From assembly GCA_947501605.1 (NCBI GenBank), contig CANMWZ010000050.1:1-23902 (forward strand): DNA of 23,902 nt, read 5' to 3'. The first letter of the stretch is position 1; every line of letters begins with the position of its first letter. A program made the translations under genes and the position numbers. Under the pieces are notes generated by a model. That model was given only the letters and a program-made list of their open reading frames with translations, did no database searches and was not told the DNA's origin. This document shows positions 16,911 to 23,902 of this stretch, piece by piece. Source of the stretch: Planctomycetota bacterium (GTDB taxonomy: Bacteria; Planctomycetota; UBA1135; UBA2386).

Positions 16911-17909
16911 ATGTTGATGAAACGAATCGAAGCCAGCACGCTGCCTCAGGCACTCGAACGCGTCCGCGCCGAGTGCGGCGAGCACGCGCTCGTCATCGAG
17001 ACCCGGGCGACCAGCAAGGGCTATCTCGTGGTCGCGGCGACGCCGGACACGGAGCTCGCCGCGCGCGACCAGATTGGCCGCATCCAGCTTCCAACCGTTG
17101 CGCGCTGGACCAAGGGCTTCGCCCCGCTCGCCGCGACCGCTGAGACCTTCGGCCTGTCGTCGCGCATCCTCGCCGCAGTCGAGAACGCCATGCTCGGCAC
17201 CAAGGTCGAGATGTCGCGTGCAGGCGACCCCGCCTTGCCCAAGTTGTGCACCCGTGTGCTGCAAGCGCTACTGCCAGTCGAAGCCCGCTTCGAAGGCCAC
17301 GAAGTTCATCCCGACTTCCGGACCATCGCACTGGTCGGTCCGACCGGCGTCGGCAAGACAACCACGCTGGGCAAACTCGCCGCCCGCGCTGTCCGGCAGG
17401 GTCACGACATCGCCATCGTGACGATCGACACCTACCGCGTCGCCGCCGTCGAGCAGTTGCGCGCGTTCGCCGATCTGCTCAACGTGCCGATGGAAGTGGC
17501 CTTCACGCCGCAGGACCTGCGCCGCACTCTGCAGCGCCACCAAGACCGCGACCGCGTCTACATCGACACGACCGGCCGCAGCCCGCTCGACCGCGACGCG
17601 CTACAAGCGGGCTGCGCCGCACTGCCAGGACAGGACATCGCGCGCCTTTTGTGCCTGTCCGCAGGAACACGCCGCCGCGATGCCGACGTCGTCATCGATG
17701 CCTACGACCGCTCGGGCATCCAGGGCGTGTGCATCACCAAGTGGGACGAGACGACGATGCCCGGAGAGGCCCTTTCCGCCGTGGTCGAGTGCGGCCTGCG
17801 CCTCAGCCACGTCACGGACGGTCAAGAGGTGCCGGCCGACATCGATCGTGCCAACCCGGAGAAGCTGGCGCGGTCCGCCTTTGGGTTGCACGCCGAGGTG
17901 CGCGCATGA
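16911..17909 (+). CDS. flhF: SRP-family GTPase FlhF
   Basis: N-terminal KRIEASTLPQALERVRAECG; GPTGVGKTT, DTYRVAAVEQL, DTTG, TKWDE, GQEVP. Confidence 0.93.
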   Translation: MLMKRIEASTLPQALERVRAECGEHALVIETRATSKGYLVVAATPDTELAARDQIGRIQLPTVARWTKGFAPLAATAETFGLSSRILAAVENAMLGTKVEMSRAGDPALPKLCTRVLQALLPVEARFEGHEVHPDFRTIALVGPTGVGKTTTLGKLAARAVRQGHDIAIVTIDTYRVAAVEQLRAFADLLNVPMEVAFTPQDLRRTLQRHQDRDRVYIDTTGRSPLDRDALQAGCAALPGQDIARLLCLSAGTRRRDADVVIDAYDRSGIQGVCITKWDETTMPGEALSAVVECGLRLSHVTDGQEVPADIDRANPEKLARSAFGLHAEVRA

Positions 17910-18745
17910 AGCCCCACGAAGCTCAGCAGGCCGAAGGTCTGCGCGCCGTTACCGCGCACGCGCCGTGGGTCGCCGTCACCGGCGCCAAGGGTGGCGTCGG
18001 CAAGACACTGGTCGCCGTCAACCTCGCCTTGCTGCTGGCGCGCAGCGGCTATCGCACGTTGCTGGTCGACCTCGACCCGGGCTGCGGCAATGTCGACGTG
18101 CACCTGCGACTCCAACGTCGCGCCACGCTCGATGACGCCGTCTCGGGTCTGTGCAAGGTTCGCGAGGCGATCCTCGATGGCCCGTTCGGTCTGCGCGTCC
18201 TCGGTGGCCGCAGCGGTTCGCTCGCAATGTGTGATGCTGACGAGACCGTATTGCAGCGGACCTTTGCCGCCGTCGCGCTCGCCGCCGAAGACTGCGACGT
18301 GGTCGTCTGCGACACCGGCGCCGGGCTCGGCGCGCTGTCGATCGCCACGGCCGAACGCGCCGATCTGGTGGTCGCCATCGCCACCGCCGATCCGAGTGCG
18401 ATGACCGACGCCTACGCGCAGTGCAAGCTGCTGCACCTTCGCGGTCGGCCGCTGCCGCGCCTGCTGATCAACGGGGCCTCGAGTCGCGACGACGCGATGA
18501 CGACTGCCGGTCGCTTCGCTTCTGTCTGCCGCAAGTTCTTGGGTCAGGACGGTCCGATGTTTGGCTGGCTGCGCCGCGATCCGGCTCTCGAACGCAGCAC
18601 GATGGAGCAACGTCCCGTCGCACTGCACGGTCACGGCACTGCACTCGAAGAGCTGCGCGCTCTAGCCGCCGCTCTGCTGTCGGCACTCCCGACGCTGCCG
18701 CGACGTGCGGCCCGCGAGGCCATCGCCGTTCGCTACGCCGAGTGA
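17906..18745 (+). CDS. flhG: MinD-like ATPase FlhG/FleN
   Basis: ATGA overlap with flhF; QQAEGLR (DQAxxLR-like FlhF activator motif); deviant Walker A KGGVGKT; DTGAG; TDAYA. Confidence 0.9.
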   Translation: MKPHEAQQAEGLRAVTAHAPWVAVTGAKGGVGKTLVAVNLALLLARSGYRTLLVDLDPGCGNVDVHLRLQRRATLDDAVSGLCKVREAILDGPFGLRVLGGRSGSLAMCDADETVLQRTFAAVALAAEDCDVVVCDTGAGLGALSIATAERADLVVAIATADPSAMTDAYAQCKLLHLRGRPLPRLLINGASSRDDAMTTAGRFASVCRKFLGQDGPMFGWLRRDPALERSTMEQRPVALHGHGTALEELRALAAALLSALPTLPRRAAREAIAVRYAE

Positions 18746-18749
18746 GGGA

Positions 18750-18797
18750 GTTGGTGACGGCGGCATTTCGTACAACGAAACGAGCGCCGCCGCCGAC
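18750..18797. terminator. hairpin between convergent flhG and DUF1501 genes
   Basis: GTTGGTGACGGCG pairs imperfectly with CGCCGCCGCCGAC; inner stem TTTCGT-ACA-ACGAAA. Confidence 0.45.
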
Positions 18798-20161
18798 TAG
18801 AGGAAGCCGAGGTTGGAACTGCTGAACTGCGCCAACCGCGGAAACACGGTTGCCAGGTCGCCCGGAGCCACGCCGAACCAGGTTGCCAAGGTCGCTGCGT
18901 ATTGGTCCACGGCCAGCGTCGGGATGATGCGACCGCTGCCGGCATCGTCCGGTCCGCCGAGCGTGTAGTTGGGCATCGTGCCGTAGATGTCGCGCCCGCG
19001 AACTGCGCCGCCCTGCACGAACTGAACGCCGCCCCACCCGTGGTCGGTGCCGCGCCCGTTGGTGGTCAGCGTGCGGCCGAACTCCGACATCGTGAACAGC
19101 GTCACGTCGGGCTCGGTGGCGAGCTCCGCCATTGCCGCCTGGAACGCGGCCACCGCGGCGCCCAGGGTGCTGAGCAACGTCGGCAAGAACGTGACCTGGT
19201 TGTCGTGCGTGTCGAAGCCATCGAGCCGCACGAAGAACACCTGTCGCTGCACACCGAGCGTGGTGCGAATGCCGATCATCCGCGCGACCATGCGCAACTG
19301 GCGGCCGAGTGACGTGTCAGGAAACACCGTCGCCAGCGCCGGCGCGGCCGTCAGCGCGTTGCGAATCTGCCCGTCCAACGCCATCGCCTCTTCGCGTACA
19401 TCGGCGAACGCTCGCTCCATGACGTGACCATGCGACTGCGCCAGCACGTTTTGCAGCGCCGCGAGGCGTCGTGCGCCGTCGGTACCCGATGTGCCCGACA
19501 GCGTCACCGTGCCACTGGTCGTCATCGCGTACGGAGCGACAGTCTGGCCGCGCAGCAATCGGGTGCTGCCAGCCAGCGTGATCGCTGGCGACAGCGGGCT
19601 GCTGTTGTTGAGTGGCAGCACGAAGTCCGCCATGCGACCCGCCCAGCCATGCGGCGTCGTCGGCAAGGCGCTTTGTGCATTCCATAGAGTGGTCTGGTCG
19701 CTGTGCGAGAACAGGTTCTTGGGCTTCTGCACGCTGCCTGATTGGTACTGCGCCTTGGTGATAGGTTGCACCAGCGTGCCGACGTTGGCGACGAACGCGA
19801 GCTTGCCGGCGGCGAACAAGGTCTGCAGCGCAGAGGCCGATGGGTGCAGGCCAAAGTCGCGGCCCGAAACAGTGATAGGCGTCAACGGCAACACCGAGGC
19901 GCTCGGCACCGCAAGCACGTCGCGCGTCGTCGCATAGGCGGTGTAGTCAGCGCCGCTTCGGGGCACGAGCATGTTGAAGCTGTCGTGGCCGCCTGCCAGA
20001 TAGAGACAGACGAGCGCCTTGTACGGTCCGCGTGCTGGCGTGTTGCCGAGCGCGAACTCGGTCCACTGCGACAGCTGTCCGAGTGTTGGCACCGCTGTGA
20101 CGGCGAAGGCCCCCTGCGTTGCTGCCTTGAGAAAGGCGCGGCGATCGAGATGACTCTTCAT
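18797..20161 (-). CDS. DUF1501 family protein, Tat-exported
   Basis: Tat signal LDRRAFLK; YKALVCLYLAGGHDS, FGLHP, LFSHSDQ, GFDTH, SEFGRTL..NG.GTDHGWG. GGAGG RBS upstream. Confidence 0.9.
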   Translation of the reverse strand: MKSHLDRRAFLKAATQGAFAVTAVPTLGQLSQWTEFALGNTPARGPYKALVCLYLAGGHDSFNMLVPRSGADYTAYATTRDVLAVPSASVLPLTPITVSGRDFGLHPSASALQTLFAAGKLAFVANVGTLVQPITKAQYQSGSVQKPKNLFSHSDQTTLWNAQSALPTTPHGWAGRMADFVLPLNNSSPLSPAITLAGSTRLLRGQTVAPYAMTTSGTVTLSGTSGTDGARRLAALQNVLAQSHGHVMERAFADVREEAMALDGQIRNALTAAPALATVFPDTSLGRQLRMVARMIGIRTTLGVQRQVFFVRLDGFDTHDNQVTFLPTLLSTLGAAVAAFQAAMAELATEPDVTLFTMSEFGRTLTTNGRGTDHGWGGVQFVQGGAVRGRDIYGTMPNYTLGGPDDAGSGRIIPTLAVDQYAATLATWFGVAPGDLATVFPRLAQFSSSNLGFL

Positions 20162-20206
20162 GGCTTGGTCCTCCAGCGAACGGAGCGGTTGGAAACGGTT
20201 CGACCC

Positions 20207-21859
20207 TCACTTCTGCACGGCAAACTGCGGCGATGCGGCGATCAGCCACGCGCACTCGGTCACGCGTCGACGCGGGTCCGTCACCTGCACCATGTGGGTG
20301 CGCAGGATTTGCGCCAAGCCAGCAGGCATCGTGTTGGCCAGGAGCCACCGATCGAGCCACTGGATCAGCGCTTCGGGATCGGCCGCGATCACCATCGCTG
20401 CCGCCACGTCGATCAGCACGTCGCCGGCCGCCGGCGTCGTGCGCCCGCGGTAGTTGACGATCGTGCTGCGATAGATCTGGTTGACGGCTGCGATCGCCGT
20501 GTTCTGGTCGAGCAACTGGAACTCCGGCGCATCGAGCCCGAAGGTCGTGAGTTCCCCCTGCGGCCGATAGTCGGGGCGAAAGAAGTTGAACACCGAGTCC
20601 GCCCGCAGCGCCGCCTGGCCATAGGCCGACTCAGGATTGCTGTAGGCGTAGAGTCCGTTGTTGGCCCTGGCCGCAAACACGCGCCAGATGGCCGTCTGCA
20701 TCAGGACTCCCTCGCGCAGCTTGCCAAAGGTGCCCGGTGCCTGGATGTGCCCGTTCTTCGCTTCGTCGTCGAGCAGGATCGCTTCGAGCACGGCGCCGAG
20801 GTTGCCTCGCCGACCGCTGCCGTCGTCGTTCCACACCGCGCTGATACGGCCAACGTAGGCCGCGCTCGGGTTGCTGGTGACGAATCGCTGGATCAGCTGT
20901 TTGCCGAGGAACGGCCCGACGTTTGGATGCGCCGCCAATACGTTGAGCACGTCCGCCAGCTCGGTTGCGGCATCGACACCCGCCGGGCAGAGGTAGCCAC
21001 CGAGGATCGACTTCGCATTGCGATCATGGAAGCTCTCGTTGGGTTCCATGGGCAGGCGGTTCGGGGTAGCTCCACTCCAACTGGTCGCTCCCGCGTAGTT
21101 CCAGCCAGTGAACACGTGCGCCAACCCTTCGATCTGCGCCTGGGTGTAGGTCGGGATCTCTCGCCCTTGTGTATCGAGCCGAGGCGTGCCGTCTTGGTTG
21201 AGCTCCATGAGCCCGATCGAGAACAGTTGAAGGACCTCGCGGGCGTAGTTCTCATCGGGCCGGATGTTGCGCAGCGTGTCCGGCTTGCGATTGCGCAGCA
21301 TGCTGAGATAGATGCCCATCGCCGGATGCAGCGTGACTTGCTCGATGAGGTCGCGATACGTGCCAAACGCTCGCTTCGTCAGCATGTCGTAGTAGCTGGC
21401 GAGCATGACCGGGTCGCCACTGAGCGCGTCATTGCGATCGGAGACGACGAAGATCTGGCTCAATGCGAACGCCATGCGCTGACGCAACTGGTCGCGCCCA
21501 CGCACCGCATTGCGCCACCAGATTTCTTGGCGATCCGATTGACCGAGGTCGGTAGCGAGTGACAGCAAGCGCGTCTCTTGCAGCGAGGTCGGCAGCTCGC
21601 GCTGTTCCTGCAGCCACGTGGCGTATCCCAGATAGTTGAGTCGATCGAGACTCGAGCCATCGGGCCCGAACGTCGATCGCTGCAAGAACCGCATGGCCTC
21701 GGTGTCGCTCGCCGGCAGATCGGTGCCCGGCGTGTAGGAGGTGCCACCACCACCGCCACTGCAAGCAGCAACAACGGCCAGCAACGCTGGCGCCGCACGC
21801 CGCCATGGCGAGGGAGTCGTACGAGTACGATCCGCGACCTGGTGCTGCTGTGTGCGCAT
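20207..21859 (-). CDS. DUF1800 family protein, predicted lipoprotein
   Basis: RFLQRSTFG, DQLRQRMAFALSQIFVVS, PDENYAREVLQLFSIG, HPNVGPF, GKLRE, SVFNFF; lipobox-like VAAC followed by a Gly run. GGAGAA RBS supports ATG 21859. Confidence 0.9.
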   Translation of the reverse strand: MRTQQHQVADRTRTTPSPWRRAAPALLAVVAACSGGGGGTSYTPGTDLPASDTEAMRFLQRSTFGPDGSSLDRLNYLGYATWLQEQRELPTSLQETRLLSLATDLGQSDRQEIWWRNAVRGRDQLRQRMAFALSQIFVVSDRNDALSGDPVMLASYYDMLTKRAFGTYRDLIEQVTLHPAMGIYLSMLRNRKPDTLRNIRPDENYAREVLQLFSIGLMELNQDGTPRLDTQGREIPTYTQAQIEGLAHVFTGWNYAGATSWSGATPNRLPMEPNESFHDRNAKSILGGYLCPAGVDAATELADVLNVLAAHPNVGPFLGKQLIQRFVTSNPSAAYVGRISAVWNDDGSGRRGNLGAVLEAILLDDEAKNGHIQAPGTFGKLREGVLMQTAIWRVFAARANNGLYAYSNPESAYGQAALRADSVFNFFRPDYRPQGELTTFGLDAPEFQLLDQNTAIAAVNQIYRSTIVNYRGRTTPAAGDVLIDVAAAMVIAADPEALIQWLDRWLLANTMPAGLAQILRTHMVQVTDPRRRVTECAWLIAASPQFAVQK

Positions 21860-22094
21860 GTGACGTTCTCCTTGATCCCTGCCATCGGTCCGTTCGCGAC
21901 GCGATCGGGCCTTTGTTCGGGGCGTAGTGTACGACGCTATCGACACCGTGCCGCGACCCCAGGATCAGGAGTCCTCGAGCGAGACGGACCCAAGGCGGGA
22001 CCACCGATGTCACCGCCGGCTGCGCCATGCGCAGCGCAGTAGGCTCCTCTGCAACCACGACTTGGCACGCGGGGCAAGAACGCCCCGAGGGAGC

Positions 22095-23480
22095 TCAGTA
22101 CTCGCGCTTGCCGCGCAGTCCTGGCATCGGCACCGGGTAGCGCCCGTCCGGCCCAGCCAACACCGGCGCCGGCGAGTCAAAGGTCAGCTTGTCGACCTCT
22201 GGTGCAAACTCGAAGTCGCCGTTGAGCATTTCGTCAAAGGTGATCTCCTGCCCCGTATGCGCCGCCATGCGGCCCATCGACGTCACCATGCTGGTACGCA
22301 CGCCGTTGTCGACTTCGTTGTAGGGCTCGTCGGCGAGGATCGCGGCAATAAGTTCGTTCCATTCGTTTTGGTACGGGTCCTGCTCGCTCTCTTTGACTTT
22401 GGACGTCCACAGCAGATCGCTAGCCGCCATCGCCTGCGACTTGTAGATGCTCGACGGCAGACCGCAGTCGCCGTTGCTCGCCACCACCGCTGCACCCTTG
22501 GTGCCGTGCGCGAAGCTGCGGTACTCGATGTGACAGCCCGGCATGCAGCGCCCGTCAAACAGCATCTTGGTACCGTCGGCAAAGGTGTACTCCACCGAGT
22601 AGCTGTCGAAGTTCTGGTCGATCCAGAGCCCTTCTTGGGTTTCGCGGTAGTGCCGGCCACCGACCGCTTGAGCCTTCACCGGCCACGAGCCCTTCATCCA
22701 GCAGAGGTGGTCGACGATGTGGATATTGAAGTCGCTGAAGTTGCCGCCGCTCGCCCAGAGAAAGCTGTGGAAGCGCTGGATTTGGTACATCAACTCGCTG
22801 ATGCCGTCAGGCTTCTTGAGCGAGCGGAAGAACGCGGCGGGCGCGTGCATGCGATAGCCGCGCATCAGCAGGATTTCACCCAGTTCGCCGTCCTGGATCC
22901 GCTTCTGCAACTCGCGCATGCCGTAGTTGTGTCGCGACATCAGGCCGACGCCGACCTTGAGGTTCTTCTTCTTGGCTACTTCGTTGAGGGCGAGCATGCG
23001 CTTGCTGGTCGGACCGTCGACTGTGAGCGGCTTTTCCATGAACACATGGAGCCCCTTCTCGATCGCATACGAGTAGTGCACCCAACGAAACGCGGGCGGC
23101 GTCGTCAAGATGACGATGTCGCCAGGCGCGAGACAGTCCATGGCCTTCTTGTACGAGTCAAAGCCCGTGAAGAGCCGCTCGTCGGGGACGTTGACCTTTT
23201 GGGCAAACTGCTCCTGCAACGCTTCGCGCCCGTCCCTCGGCTTGGCGTCGAACACGTCAGCCATGGCGACGAGCTCGATGTCCGCACCGGGCACCGATAG
23301 CGCGTTGGTCACGGCGCCGCAGCCGCGGCCACCGCAACCGACGATGGCGATCCTGATCTTGCCTCGGCTCGAAGTGTGGACAGGCTGGAGAGCGCAGCCG
23401 GTGAGGATCGAACCAGCAGCAAACGTGCTGGTGTCGGCGAGGAAGCTGCGACGGGTGATCGGGCGTGAAGGTCGGCGCAT
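22095..23480 (-). CDS. Gfo/Idh/MocA family oxidoreductase, Tat signal
   Basis: ITRRSFL Tat motif; Rossmann IVGCGGRGCG; TPPAFR, HVFMEKP, IHIVD. Start placed at ATG 23480 because the upstream part of the ORF is integrase-derived. Confidence 0.92.
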   Translation of the reverse strand: MRRPSRPITRRSFLADTSTFAAGSILTGCALQPVHTSSRGKIRIAIVGCGGRGCGAVTNALSVPGADIELVAMADVFDAKPRDGREALQEQFAQKVNVPDERLFTGFDSYKKAMDCLAPGDIVILTTPPAFRWVHYSYAIEKGLHVFMEKPLTVDGPTSKRMLALNEVAKKKNLKVGVGLMSRHNYGMRELQKRIQDGELGEILLMRGYRMHAPAAFFRSLKKPDGISELMYQIQRFHSFLWASGGNFSDFNIHIVDHLCWMKGSWPVKAQAVGGRHYRETQEGLWIDQNFDSYSVEYTFADGTKMLFDGRCMPGCHIEYRSFAHGTKGAAVVASNGDCGLPSSIYKSQAMAASDLLWTSKVKESEQDPYQNEWNELIAAILADEPYNEVDNGVRTSMVTSMGRMAAHTGQEITFDEMLNGDFEFAPEVDKLTFDSPAPVLAGPDGRYPVPMPGLRGKREY

Positions 23481-23559
23481 CGGCGCATCGTCGCACGCAA
23501 GCTTGGTCGTGACCATGCTGAGGTCGCGTGCCCGCGAGGGTTGACCACTGCGACGGGCG

Positions 23560-23902
23560 GCCCGCTCCTTCCCGGGGAACAGAAACTCCCGCGGACCCTC
23601 CGCACGCCAGTATGCGTGCAGCAGGTCACGCAGCGCCGGCGACATCGGCACCATGCGCGGCTTGCCGCCCTTGCCGTGGCGGATGTGCACCTTCATCCGC
23701 TCGCCGTCGATGTCGCGGACCCGCAGCTGTGTCGCCTCGTTCAGCCGCACGCCCGTCGCGTAGAGCTAGCTCAACACCGCACGGTGCTTGATGTTCGTTG
23801 GCGCGCTCAACAGACGCCGCACTTCGTCGACACTCAGCACCGTCGGCAGCTTCTTGCGCGCCTTTGCGAACGGGATGTGCTCCACCGCGAAGTCACGCGG
23901 CA
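23560..23902 (-). pseudogene. disrupted tyrosine recombinase (site-specific integrase) fragment
   Basis: KKLPTVLSVDEVRRLL...KHRAVLS*LYATGVRLNEA.QLRVRDID...IRHGKGGKPR.VP...YW...FLFPG. In-frame TAG at 23768-23766; no HxxR box or catalytic Tyr follows. Confidence 0.85.

Noticed and set aside
14721..17264. 847-aa minus-strand ORF and other long antisense ORFs (13847-15331, 3153-4382, 19742-21562, 21927-23300)
   Set aside because: Shadow frames of well-supported genes in GC-rich DNA, with no motifs.
22095..23750. Functional integrase-oxidoreductase fusion protein
   Set aside because: The integrase part is truncated and preceded by a stop, and the Tat signal must be N-terminal, so the real start is about 23480.
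23560..23902. Integron integrase with cassette array
   Set aside because: The IntI-specific region is not present in the fragment and I saw no attC-like sites; neighbouring genes are not cassette-like.

Overview
GC-rich bacterial DNA, probably Planctomycetota-like (inferred from the Tat-tagged DUF1501/DUF1800 pair and the Gfo/Idh/MocA oxidoreductase). Left part: an unknown membrane protein, apt, a secreted M1 aminopeptidase and a membrane-bound hybrid histidine kinase. The centre (7.0-18.8 kb) is a rearranged flagellar regulatory and export locus. A c-di-GMP-I (GEMM) riboswitch, not shown by the ORF track, precedes a FliA/WhiG sigma-28 gene. Next come an HDOD protein, a doubtful small ORF, a CheC/FliY-like phosphatase fused to a degenerate receiver domain, and an antisense 71-aa ORF resembling a stand-alone histidine phospho-acceptor (DHp) domain. 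A consensus sigma-54 promoter then precedes fliO-fliP-fliQ-fliR-flhB-flhA-flhF-flhG. The right part (minus strand) holds the DUF1800/DUF1501 pair, a Tat oxidoreductase and a broken tyrosine integrase at the window edge. The best candidate for an undescribed system is the riboswitch / sigma-28 / HDOD / CheC-pseudoreceiver / micro-DHp module upstream of the export operon. All calls come from motif reading by eye; no searches were run.
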